Source of the DNA: a virus
Taxonomy: Duplodnaviria; Caudoviricetes
DNA length: 64,000 nt
Virus record (IMG/VR): IMGVR_UViG_3300049846_001293
Coordinates: 1,683 to 65,682 of that record
Direction: 5' to 3' (one strand)
The notes under the pieces were generated by a model, which was not told the DNA's origin, did no database searches, and saw nothing but the letters and a program-made list of their open reading frames with translations. The translations under genes were made by a program, and so were the position numbers. Below, one piece after another: positions 8,084 to 16,959 of this stretch; position 1 is the first letter of the stretch, and every line of letters starts with the position of its first letter.

Positions 8084-9256
8084 CTACCGCCCAACGTCGT
8101 TTAGGAACGTGGCCCGAGCCTCTTCCCAAGTCATCGACAACATCGTGTTATAGAACAACACATCCGGCTTCAATCGACCTTCCGTATGCAAGGTCGTGTA
8201 CCGGGACAACGCTTTGGGTTGCCACCAGGTCATCACATCAGCGACCGCGGTACCCCGTTTCTTGGGCACCAGTTGTGCTTCCGTAATCTCCTGTCGGAGG
8301 AACGCGTTGGTGTTTTCGTACAATGGTGCGAAATACGCGCCTCGTTCAAATCCATGCGTATATGCCGATGGCTTTACGCCCACTTCTCGGAAAATGAGAT
8401 TCATGATTTTGCCCTTCACGCCGGTAGCAACATCACCCGCGTCATTGTAGGACAGTTCCTCATATTCCGCCGGATATTTAGCCTTGATGACATCGTGCCA
8501 GATCTTGTAGAATCGATCATCGGGCTTCAACGGCACTTTACCCTGTGTATGGCCTAAGGCTTTCCACCACGGAATGCTATTGTACATCGATCCGTTGCCG
8601 TACAATGACGTTGTGGTGATTCCTGCCAGCACCTGTCCATACGATTGATACCATCGATCTCGTATTTCCGGTGTCACCAACATCGCGGCGAGAAGTTTGC
8701 CGCCGAGGAAATTGAATCCGAAGGGCTGTGTCGCGACGATTGTCGTGCCGATGGCCGTGTGATTCAACATGCCACCGATTTTCTGTTCGTTGGTCCATCC
8801 GATATGTTGATCCCGCACGCCAATGCTCATGACGTCGGATGCGATGGACGTTACACCGATCACCTTACCCGTGACTTCATCTTCGAACATGAATCGAAGG
8901 AATCGACCGGGGTTTTGATCGAAGTTGAAACTACTCACGTAGACGCGGTGAATCTCCCACGCCGTGATACCCTGCTTATCCGATGGATCGATGAATCGAA
9001 GTCGGGGACGGAGGGCCTTCACTTCAGCGACGGTCTGGTCATAATTCTGAATATCCGTCGGCTTCCAGATCTTGCCCTTTTCGATGTCCGCTTTGTTATG
9101 CCAGGACGCGTAGTGTGTGGTGATCTCGTACCATTTCTTGTACAAGGTCTGTTCTTCCACAGACATGGTTTTGAGTTCATCGAGATGGGCAATGAACGCA
9201 CGCTTTTCTGCTTCGATGTCAAACGCGGGTTTATCCGCCCACTTATCAAAACTCAT
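8084..9256 (-). CDS. DUF4338/DruA-like protein
   Basis: PGRFLRF, RDQHIGW, QPFGFNFLGGKLLA, TTTSLYG..SMYN and LGHTQG motifs. Confidence 0.75.
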   Translation of the reverse strand: MSFDKWADKPAFDIEAEKRAFIAHLDELKTMSVEEQTLYKKWYEITTHYASWHNKADIEKGKIWKPTDIQNYDQTVAEVKALRPRLRFIDPSDKQGITAWEIHRVYVSSFNFDQNPGRFLRFMFEDEVTGKVIGVTSIASDVMSIGVRDQHIGWTNEQKIGGMLNHTAIGTTIVATQPFGFNFLGGKLLAAMLVTPEIRDRWYQSYGQVLAGITTTSLYGNGSMYNSIPWWKALGHTQGKVPLKPDDRFYKIWHDVIKAKYPAEYEELSYNDAGDVATGVKGKIMNLIFREVGVKPSAYTHGFERGAYFAPLYENTNAFLRQEITEAQLVPKKRGTAVADVMTWWQPKALSRYTTLHTEGRLKPDVLFYNTMLSMTWEEARATFLNDVGR

Positions 9257-9978
9257 TAGTCACCCAACTTTACTTCGGGAAGGTAATATGCTACGGTGAA
9301 ATCCGTCAACGTGAACTTGACGCGAATAAGCCCTTCACTGGATACTTCCAACGTGCCCTCGTCCGCTTCCTTGTTAGCAACCAACACATCACGAAGGCAA
9401 CGAGCGTGAAAATGAATCGCGTCCATTTTGGCCTGTGTGTCTACCTCACATTCCAATGCGATTCGATTGGTGTTCATCTTGCTATGGCCCAATACGAGAT
9501 TCGTGGTTTTGCCATCGGCAACCACTGCAAACGTATCGACGTCCGATAACGCACCCTTCGCCTTGATGAATCGGTCCATGAATGCACGATCCATTTTGAT
9601 CGTGAATTCGAATTTGGGTAGATTCTTGAAGTTGGGTGCGCCTGGGATGGTGGATGCGTCCTTCGCAAGCACGAACGTCGTCTTGATCGACTTGTCCGAA
9701 AATGTCAATCCAGTGGTTTTGGTGCCGTCGGTCTGTACCTTGACCGTGATGTCATCAGACAACACGCCCAATAGACCACGCAGCTGTGACGTTTCGTAGA
9801 CATAGTATTCGCCAGGATCCATAGCAAATTCCGTGGTCGATACCTCGCCAACAACATTTCGGTCATCCGAAATGAATCTCGTGGACAGTCCTGACTTATC
9901 CGACTTCCACGTTACTTTATCCGCGGTGCCGTTAAGGTTGTATTTTGCAATAAATCGGTCCAACACACTTTTCATCAT
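9256..9978 (-). CDS. gp45: DNA sliding clamp, gp45-like
   Basis: 240 aa two-domain beta-rich pattern ending LEVSSEGLIRVKF...YYL; next to the clamp loader. Confidence 0.7.
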   Translation of the reverse strand: MMKSVLDRFIAKYNLNGTADKVTWKSDKSGLSTRFISDDRNVVGEVSTTEFAMDPGEYYVYETSQLRGLLGVLSDDITVKVQTDGTKTTGLTFSDKSIKTTFVLAKDASTIPGAPNFKNLPKFEFTIKMDRAFMDRFIKAKGALSDVDTFAVVADGKTTNLVLGHSKMNTNRIALECEVDTQAKMDAIHFHARCLRDVLVANKEADEGTLEVSSEGLIRVKFTLTDFTVAYYLPEVKLGD

Positions 9979-10006
9979 AGAAAACCTCGGTGAGTGATAC
10001 TATGGA

Positions 10007-10035
10007 AGTATAGTATCAAACTTCACATCTGTCAA
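10007..10035 (-). promoter_or_regulatory. Sigma70-like promoter
   Basis: TTGACA-17 nt-TATACT upstream of the clamp gene. Confidence 0.75.
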
Positions 10036-10793
10036 TACCTGTTAAATGTATCCAGTTCCGATACAGTAGGGACGTAATTTAATTCTTTGATTTTCGTGAA
10101 GAACCATGTCTTGAGATTTTTTGATGGGGTGAATCCATAATCTCGAACGTACTTGATCATTCTATTGAATGTATAATCGGCGGTCAATATGGGCTTAACC
10201 GAATCATCCAAATCCAATTGTTTCTTTTCAAGATCGATGAAGAAGTTTGGATGGTGTGCGATCATGGGAATGCCCGCATCATCCACATAATACACCATTT
10301 GACATACTGTGAAATCAAACTCACTTATAATCTCTACCGGCGTGCCAAATCGTAACTTTACCAAATCCAACAATACATTCTCGGTGTTATGCCGAAACCC
10401 AACCGATCGGTCGGATGCATATTCCTTTGTATAGTTTGGATTCAAAGTCAACTTGTGCACCATCGTAGCATGTTCGTTGACATCCGAAAACCAAATGTCA
10501 ATATCACGAATGGGATTGCCGGTCAAAAATTGCTTAAAGCAACCACCGGCAACAAACATGCGTTTCGACACCAATGGTCGGAACCACTCTGCCAACCCCG
10601 TATGTAATTCTCCCGCAGGAACAAGAACCACCGGGAGTACCGGTGGTTCTTTTTTCTGTGGTCGGTCGACTCCAAAAAATACTTCTTCATCCAGGGGCGT
10701 CATCGATGCTGTCGACAGACCACTGCCGACCCAAATCGGATTGATTGCTCCTTGTGCAGACCATGATGTTGGGAACATGTTCTTCGATAACAT
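10032..10793 (-). CDS. Nucleotidyltransferase (CCA-adding/poly(A) polymerase head-like)
   Basis: FVAGGCF...RDIDIWF...FDFTVC motifs; start trimmed to MLSKN (TAATG overlap). Confidence 0.65.
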   Translation of the reverse strand: MLSKNMFPTSWSAQGAINPIWVGSGLSTASMTPLDEEVFFGVDRPQKKEPPVLPVVLVPAGELHTGLAEWFRPLVSKRMFVAGGCFKQFLTGNPIRDIDIWFSDVNEHATMVHKLTLNPNYTKEYASDRSVGFRHNTENVLLDLVKLRFGTPVEIISEFDFTVCQMVYYVDDAGIPMIAHHPNFFIDLEKKQLDLDDSVKPILTADYTFNRMIKYVRDYGFTPSKNLKTWFFTKIKELNYVPTVSELDTFNRY

Positions 10794-12160
10794 TATACCT
10801 CCGCCCGTGAGCGAATTTCGTTGAAGGTGGGATCGACCAATAGTTTTCCATTCTCCCAAATTGTCTGGAGTACATCCTGACCAATTTCATGGATATCTAC
10901 GGTCTGGTATGCGCCGTCCTCGAACACCAGCTTCAATCGACCCGGCTTCGATCGCTTGTTGTTGTCCGTTACTGGCGTCTTTGCAATGTTACGTTCCCGG
11001 CCGTTCACCACGACATAGGACGCCTTCAATGCAAACTTCTGCGTGTCTCGATCCATCTTCTGCAACAGCGCACCACCCATACCAAAGGCTACATTGTCAG
11101 CAGACCAGCCACGAATTTTCAAGGCTTCAAGAATACGACCGATTTCGTCCAAGGTAATACCATCACCCTGAATGACACGAACCTGATTTAGCACCTTGTA
11201 GCCCTTGGTGTTGACCGTATAGCCGAACTTCTCACCAAGGATTTCCACAATCTGTCGAACCACTTCGTTCGGGACGCCGGAATCCGGTCGAACGACGAGC
11301 ATACCCGGCGCTGACTTGACCTTATCTACGAGCATTTCGCCCCAAATCACCTTGGTTGCGTTGTAGATGTCATACGTGTCCGATACCACGGCATACATAC
11401 CGTTGCTGAACTGATTGATCATGTTCTCATAGGCCTCGTATTCGAACTCTCGGCCCCACGCCATGATCGTGGAATGTTCGGCGGCGGGAATGGTCGCAGC
11501 GGGATTCTCGGCGTTGTAATACATCTGTGCCGCGAGGATGGCGACGATGGTATCCGATCCAGCGAAATTCACCAGATGTGACATGCCACCGAGCATTGCC
11601 GATTCTTCGGACGAGACACCACGGTAGCCGAAGTCATGCAACTTGTAGGGCAGTCCCGATACATCACCCGTCTCTTCAAGATACTTCTTGATGAGCTTCT
11701 TGATATTCCGCGAAATCGTCGCGACGGTTGTGGTGTACCAGACCTTCATGACCATGCCTTCCACATAGGTCGTGGCCCAGGCACACTGTTCATCGGTGTT
11801 CTCAATGGACAGTAGAATGTTACGGGTCGGAATGGTCAGGCCTTCGGGTGCCGACTTGATACGAAGCGGCCAGTACCCGTCATAGTTCTTGACGATGTAT
11901 TCGAAGCCGACACGATTGAACACCTTGCTCGTACCAAAGTACGAAGTGAACAACTTTTCGGCCTGATCGATATCGGCCATCGTGATCGGCTTCGAGAAAT
12001 ACTCCTTCAAGATGGCCGTGATGCCGAACCAAGTGACTTCCGGAAATTCACCACCACGCGATTCCAAATACGCGTAGAGCTTCGAAGTCTTGGGCGGAAG
12101 CTGAAGCCAGTGTGACGGCTTGTAGCCGTCGGTACGAAGAATGTTGTTGATCGGTAGCAT
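10793..12160 (-). CDS. nadV: Nicotinamide phosphoribosyltransferase (NAMPT)
   Basis: TDGYKPSH, LHDFGYRG, PAAEHS, VSDTYD, RPDSG, IQGDG, FGMGGALLQ, RDTQKFA motifs. Confidence 0.95.
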   Translation of the reverse strand: MLPINNILRTDGYKPSHWLQLPPKTSKLYAYLESRGGEFPEVTWFGITAILKEYFSKPITMADIDQAEKLFTSYFGTSKVFNRVGFEYIVKNYDGYWPLRIKSAPEGLTIPTRNILLSIENTDEQCAWATTYVEGMVMKVWYTTTVATISRNIKKLIKKYLEETGDVSGLPYKLHDFGYRGVSSEESAMLGGMSHLVNFAGSDTIVAILAAQMYYNAENPAATIPAAEHSTIMAWGREFEYEAYENMINQFSNGMYAVVSDTYDIYNATKVIWGEMLVDKVKSAPGMLVVRPDSGVPNEVVRQIVEILGEKFGYTVNTKGYKVLNQVRVIQGDGITLDEIGRILEALKIRGWSADNVAFGMGGALLQKMDRDTQKFALKASYVVVNGRERNIAKTPVTDNNKRSKPGRLKLVFEDGAYQTVDIHEIGQDVLQTIWENGKLLVDPTFNEIRSRAEV

Positions 12161-12181
12161 GGTATATCTCCTTATCTTGTA

Positions 12182-13090
12182 TCAGGATAGATGTTTGATG
12201 AGTGCGTTCAGTAGTACCATATGTTCCTTCATGACCAGTATGGATTGGGTCGGGAAGATCTGATCATATGGTACCCATTGGACTGACTCAATATCGTCAG
12301 CCCCTTCCGGCCGCCCGAACACATAATCGGCCGTGAAAAACAACGTCTTGATTTTATCCATCTCGTTTCGATATCGCCAGTCATCGATCTTGAAGCTACC
12401 AATGTACTGAAGATTTCCCACTTCGAGTCCCGTCTCCTCGATCACTTCACGTTTGGCGTCGGCTTCAAACGAATCGGAGTTGGGATCGGCGAAACCACCA
12501 ATGAATCGAAGGCCCGGTTCTCCCTTTTTCCGACCCATCAATACGCGACGCTTGTCTCGATCCAAGATCGCAACATCAACGGTCGTATAGACGGTGGGAA
12601 ATCGGTTGAAACTGGCTTCGATGATGCCGGCCCGATGATCTTTGGTATGGGTGGAGGAATTGGCGATACGGCGACGGATTTCCGTCCCGGAGATGAAAAT
12701 CTCTGATTCCAATTCGACCGTCAGATGTTTGCCGGTGTAGTGAACGATGAAGCTATCACGACTACCGTACAATGTGACGGTTTGATGTGGTTTGCACCAC
12801 TTGTCCAGTTCGCGGTCGAGATTTCGGCTCCACACCGCGTCACTGTGCTGGTCTTCAATATAATACACTTCAACGTCCGGATACGTTTCCTGAATCATCC
12901 GTTTCCGTGTATTATAGTCCAGTGGATTGTTGATGGTATTTCGAAGCGGGCTCAAGCCAAGGAAAATGATCACTCGGTCGTGTTGAGCTAATACGGTATC
13001 GATCAATGATCGATGTGCTTCGTGAAGTTCGTGGACCTGAAATCGGCCGACGATGGCGCCCACATCGGATGTGGGAAGTTTCTTTTGCAT
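12182..13090 (-). CDS. nadM: Bifunctional NMN adenylyltransferase / Nudix hydrolase (NatV/NadM-Nudix)
   Basis: GRFQ..HEAH, NPL, SGTEIR, then the Nudix box GGF...AKREVIEETG. Confidence 0.9.
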   Translation of the reverse strand: MQKKLPTSDVGAIVGRFQVHELHEAHRSLIDTVLAQHDRVIIFLGLSPLRNTINNPLDYNTRKRMIQETYPDVEVYYIEDQHSDAVWSRNLDRELDKWCKPHQTVTLYGSRDSFIVHYTGKHLTVELESEIFISGTEIRRRIANSSTHTKDHRAGIIEASFNRFPTVYTTVDVAILDRDKRRVLMGRKKGEPGLRFIGGFADPNSDSFEADAKREVIEETGLEVGNLQYIGSFKIDDWRYRNEMDKIKTLFFTADYVFGRPEGADDIESVQWVPYDQIFPTQSILVMKEHMVLLNALIKHLS

Positions 13091-13121
13091 ATGCCCTTAC
13101 CTTGTATCTGAGGGATGGATG

Positions 13122-13179
13122 CTACATGTAGGTAATGGGTACTCGTCAAGTGACATCTTTCGCCATTACCTATATGTAG
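13122..13179. repeat. 17-bp inverted repeat in the NAD operon leader
   Basis: CTACATGTAGGTAATGG (13122-13138) and CCATTACCTATATGTAG (13163-13179), one mismatch. Confidence 0.85.
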
Positions 13180-13180
13180 T

Positions 13181-13209
13181 AACCTAACAGGCTAAACGTG
13201 CACCGTCAA
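13181..13209 (-). promoter_or_regulatory. Sigma70-like promoter of the NAD operon
   Basis: TTGACG-17 nt-TAGGTT. Confidence 0.65.
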
Positions 13210-13392
13210 CCCCATCGGGGGCGTTGATACCGGCGCAACGCCCAAACTGACTAGAGTTTGGTTGTACTCATTCCATGCAGCCTGGCACCGACCTAGATCG
13301 AAGTCCATCTTTTTGTTCTGACACCCGTACGCTGTGGTGGCGTCAAATTTCTGCCACGCGCGTTGAATACGTCGATATGTGACGTTGTCCAT
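13192..13392 (-). CDS. Hypothetical protein
   Basis: TAATG overlap with the upstream gene. Confidence 0.5.
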   Translation of the reverse strand: MDNVTYRRIQRAWQKFDATTAYGCQNKKMDFDLGRCQAAWNEYNQTLVSLGVAPVSTPPMGLTVHV

Positions 13393-14447
13393 TAGAAATC
13401 ACTTCCTCCGCCGCCACCAGAGAATCCACCACCACCGCCAAAGGAATCGGAACTACTGGAAGAACTGTCCGATGAGGAGGATCCATAATATGAGGTATCC
13501 GTCGAATACGACGATCGGCGACGTCGTTCATCCTCTTCGTCTTCACGTTCTCGACGGGCCTTTTCTTCCTTCAACCGACGAACACGAGCTTTCTCTTCGT
13601 TGATTTCTCGTTGTTTAGCCGCTTTCCATTCCTGTTCCTTGCGAAATGCGATTTCGGCGGCCTGTTCTTCCGGTGTCAACGCATCCCATCGTGCCTTTTC
13701 TTTTCGTGCAGCTTCAGCGGCGCGTGCTTCGGCCTGACGACGTTGTTCTTCTGCTTGTCTTCGTACTTTGGCATTGTGTGCCGCCCACATTGCCCGTGTT
13801 CGTCGGTCTTCCTCTTCCTGCAATCGACGTTGCCGGCGAAGCAGAAGTAATCCACAAATGAACAACCCACTGATAATGAACACTGCCCAGATGATGGTAG
13901 TGGGATCCATCGGGTCGGCCGGCACGACCACCGGTGGTGATACGTGTTCTTGCATGAGGGCCGATACTGACGTAACCAAATTCAGCGTGGCCTCTCCATA
14001 TTTGGAAGCTTGGAACAACGTTCGGTTATCACGACACAATGTGCCTGCTTTGCTATCGGTGATGAACCCCTCGGCACCACGACCGGTGCCAATGAAACAC
14101 TTACCACCGTGATTGGCCGTTCGTGGCACGATAAGAATGACCACACCAAGGTTTCGTTGTTCCGACCCGATCGCGGCGGACCCACCCACTCGCCACTGCC
14201 GACCGGCTGTCATCGCGACTTCAGCAGGCAGATAGTCATGGATGTCAGTCAACGTAAGTACGGCAATATCACCACCGATCGTCGCTTGCGTACGTCGTGC
14301 AACATCATTCATCGCCGTAATTTCATTGGGTGCGAACAACCTTGCGGCATCAGTGACGAACGGCGTCGCTGGTGGGATGAGACTGTCCAATTTGGTCTGC
14401 GCCGAGGCGGTGGTGGCCAACAGACCCAACATCCATAACCATTTCAT
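13392..14447 (-). CDS. TPM-domain (YgcG-like) membrane protein
   Basis: Signal peptide, FVTDAA...W.VG...GVVILI...GTGRGAEGFITD, TM helix, charged coil, FGGGGGFSGGGGGSDF tail. Confidence 0.85.
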   Translation of the reverse strand: MKWLWMLGLLATTASAQTKLDSLIPPATPFVTDAARLFAPNEITAMNDVARRTQATIGGDIAVLTLTDIHDYLPAEVAMTAGRQWRVGGSAAIGSEQRNLGVVILIVPRTANHGGKCFIGTGRGAEGFITDSKAGTLCRDNRTLFQASKYGEATLNLVTSVSALMQEHVSPPVVVPADPMDPTTIIWAVFIISGLFICGLLLLRRQRRLQEEEDRRTRAMWAAHNAKVRRQAEEQRRQAEARAAEAARKEKARWDALTPEEQAAEIAFRKEQEWKAAKQREINEEKARVRRLKEEKARREREDEEDERRRRSSYSTDTSYYGSSSSDSSSSSSDSFGGGGGFSGGGGGSDF

Positions 14448-14704
14448 AATAAATTCCTTATGTATACGATTTTAGAAAGCAGATCATTAAGTTCGGTCAC
14501 ATCTTTCATGAGTTTTTCACGTTGACGAATAAGGTTCAGCATCGTTCGATCAAACTCTGTTGTGTCATCATCTTCATTAACCTTGCGACGAGCATAGAAA
14601 AGAATCTCATCAATCTTGTCAAGATTGAGCACATCGTTTTGTTCGATTCGAGAAATCAAACGACGTAATTGTACAAACGTAGGAAGATTTCGTTTACGTA
14701 TCAC
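14444..14704 (-). CDS. Hypothetical coiled-coil protein
   Basis: ORF with 4-nt overlaps on both sides. Confidence 0.55.
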   Translation of the reverse strand: MIRKRNLPTFVQLRRLISRIEQNDVLNLDKIDEILFYARRKVNEDDDTTEFDRTMLNLIRQREKLMKDVTELNDLLSKIVYIRNLL

Positions 14705-15048
14705 GATGCTACGTCCTCTGAGTTGGTTGTGCGTGCGTCATACACTCGGCACGCTTTGTTGTAGGCGCCGATAAGGGTTTTATCAGTTTCTCCGTTGACG
14801 GTCCAGTGTCTAGAGGTCAATTTGTTCGGATCATCAGCATCGAAATATCCATCCGTGTGGTCGATCTTCCACCCACGACTGGCGATAACTGCCATGGGCA
14901 TCGTGCCTGCGTCTATCGTATTCAATAGAACCCTGTGTGCATAGTACGCATCTTCTCGCCGGCGGCGTACCATAGCAATTTCATCTCGATGCCACATCAG
15001 GCTGATGAGTAGTGCGAATGCTAATAGTCCAAAAATCCATGCAAACAT
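14701..15048 (-). CDS. Hypothetical membrane-anchored protein
   Basis: N-terminal hydrophobic helix. Confidence 0.55.
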   Translation of the reverse strand: MFAWIFGLLAFALLISLMWHRDEIAMVRRRREDAYYAHRVLLNTIDAGTMPMAVIASRGWKIDHTDGYFDADDPNKLTSRHWTVNGETDKTLIGAYNKACRVYDARTTNSEDVAS

Positions 15049-15051
15049 GAG

Positions 15052-16362
15052 TTAATCCTTGAAAGGGTCAATGACATCATCACCGGCCATCACCACGATG
15101 ACCGGCTTAAGGGTGTGCAACACCGTCACGGTGTCGCCCTGTGCGGCCAGAACGTCCGGCAATCGACGATAGGCCTGTGGGGCTTCGTCCAGACCTCCGC
15201 CACGGAGAACCACGCCCGTCGAACGCAGCCACTTCTCCATTTCCTGCGGCGAGATACGGCCGGCATTGATGATCTCACCGGTGATCTTGTGCCGCTTCAA
15301 CTGACCTGTCTTGCGGTCACGCTTGCCAGCCGCTTCCGTTCGGGACATGACACGACCTGCGCCGTGGACCGTAGAATACAATGCGTTACGTTGTAGCGAT
15401 TCAATGAAGAGTTCATAGGGTGCTTCGTCCAATGCTGTTTTGCCACAATCGGTTCCCTCCAGAATCACCGCGTCATCACCCATCGAACCGCCAACGAACC
15501 CACGCTGACCAGGGAACGCAGGCGTGGCACCCTTACGAACCACAATGAGTTCTTTGTTGTCGTGCGTTTCCTTCCACGCGAAGTTGTGGTGGTTGTGCAC
15601 CATGTCGACTTCAGCGCCACCGAGGATCTTCACGACCGTGCGAGTAACCCACTCACGGCCGGCGTACGCGTACTGCCCGGCGAGGTTCATCAACGCCCAG
15701 TAATCGTCACCGGTTGGTGTGCCGAGCGTGACCAACGTCTCCACTTCCCGGCTTCGGTCACCCCACGTTCCACCTTGGCCGATGGCTAGGAAGTTCGTCG
15801 CAATTGTGTGACCAAGTCCACGAGAACCGAAATGCACACCAACCCAAAGAGCACCATCGGCTCGATCAACAAAAACATCAACGTAATGATTGCCCGACCC
15901 AACTGTACCGAGCTGACGACGAGCCTTGTCCAGAAGGTCATCCCGATATCTCCCAATGTTAGGAATCAAATACCACGCTGGGTCCAGAAACAGTGGGTGG
16001 TCCACCGGTGCATCATTGGCCACGTTCGACCGACCAATGCCAAAGCTGATAGCCTGTGCGATCGCATCGGCCAACTTGTTCAGCGTTGGATTGGAATATA
16101 CGGCATATGGGTTAGCATCCATATCCGCGACAGTCATCCCCAACACATCCTGTGCGTTGAGGTTCGTTTTGATCGCGCAGTTACCACATGCGATATCGTA
16201 TCCGACGCCCGGCACGGATACTTGGTTATCATAGGCCGCAACACCACCGACCGGCATGATATAGCCAAAGTGCCCGTCCGCCATCAATGCGGCACGAACG
16301 GATTGTGCTCGAATGGCATCGAACTGTGCGAGAGTGTTGGAATCGTGTTTACCGAAAATCAT
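15052..16362 (-). CDS. rtcB: RtcB RNA ligase
   Basis: MADGH.GY..PVGG, GYDIACG, GTVGSGNHY, HFGSRG, HNHHN, RKGATPA, HGAGR, DEAPQAYR; start trimmed to MIFGKHD. Confidence 0.95.
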   Translation of the reverse strand: MIFGKHDSNTLAQFDAIRAQSVRAALMADGHFGYIMPVGGVAAYDNQVSVPGVGYDIACGNCAIKTNLNAQDVLGMTVADMDANPYAVYSNPTLNKLADAIAQAISFGIGRSNVANDAPVDHPLFLDPAWYLIPNIGRYRDDLLDKARRQLGTVGSGNHYVDVFVDRADGALWVGVHFGSRGLGHTIATNFLAIGQGGTWGDRSREVETLVTLGTPTGDDYWALMNLAGQYAYAGREWVTRTVVKILGGAEVDMVHNHHNFAWKETHDNKELIVVRKGATPAFPGQRGFVGGSMGDDAVILEGTDCGKTALDEAPYELFIESLQRNALYSTVHGAGRVMSRTEAAGKRDRKTGQLKRHKITGEIINAGRISPQEMEKWLRSTGVVLRGGGLDEAPQAYRRLPDVLAAQGDTVTVLHTLKPVIVVMAGDDVIDPFKD

Positions 16363-16553
16363 GGTGTTTTTCCATTCAGTTTTTGCGTTATAGATTCGAT
16401 GAGGCCCGCCGCGGACCCGTGATGCAGATGTGAATGTCCACTGCCCAAATACACCGCGGCTTGTGTGCCGCCATTCATCGGTACAATGTGTGTAATCCAA
16501 TTTAACATGAGGATCATTGGACCGTGTTCGGTGCTTAATTCAATGTATTTCAT
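16359..16553 (-). CDS. Small hypothetical protein
   Basis: ATGA overlaps on both sides. Confidence 0.6.
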   Translation of the reverse strand: MKYIELSTEHGPMILMLNWITHIVPMNGGTQAAVYLGSGHSHLHHGSAAGLIESITQKLNGKTP

Positions 16554-16840
16554 AGACCGAGTTTCTTGGCTACGAAAAGCGTGTGCTTACACGCGCCTTT
16601 CTTTTGAATACGAAATCCCTGGCAGGTACACTTCAATTCATTGCCCCGACGAGACACCGTATGAATGGAGTTACCCTTGGTCGATTGGAACGTTTCTACC
16701 GCTTGCCAGACATCACCGCTGAACGTTGCGTTCTCGATTTCACCCGTCATTGGAGATATCGTCGGCGGCACATACGTGTTAATCTTATCGAGCAGATGTG
16801 TGGGCAAAATGAACGAGCCCAATCGGTCTTTATGCGTCAT
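16550..16840 (-). CDS. SWIM zinc-finger protein
   Basis: CTCQGF...CKH; start MTHKD. Confidence 0.75.
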   Translation of the reverse strand: MTHKDRLGSFILPTHLLDKINTYVPPTISPMTGEIENATFSGDVWQAVETFQSTKGNSIHTVSRRGNELKCTCQGFRIQKKGACKHTLFVAKKLGL

Positions 16841-16959
16841 GTGCGTACCCAATTGATGATACGAAGTAATCCGTTGCCCCACACAAGCCACGAAGCTAAA
16901 AGGCCAACGATGGCACCGATTACGATATCTCGAATAAGAGTTCGTAATTCTCTATCCAT
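16837..16959 (-). CDS. 40-aa single-TM micro-protein
   Basis: Not in the ORF track: MDRELRTLIRDIVIGAIVGLLASWLVWGNGLLRIINWVRT; TAATG and ATGA overlaps fill the gap exactly. Confidence 0.65.
   Translation of the reverse strand: MDRELRTLIRDIVIGAIVGLLASWLVWGNGLLRIINWVRT

Noticed and set aside
8084-9256. Complete Druantia defence system
   Set aside because: Only a DruA-like gene is present; no DruE helicase or other partners were recognised.
12158-12173. AAGGAGATATACCATG, identical to the pET/T7-type RBS
   Set aside because: Only 16 nt, in a native context with no other vector sequence; treated as coincidence.
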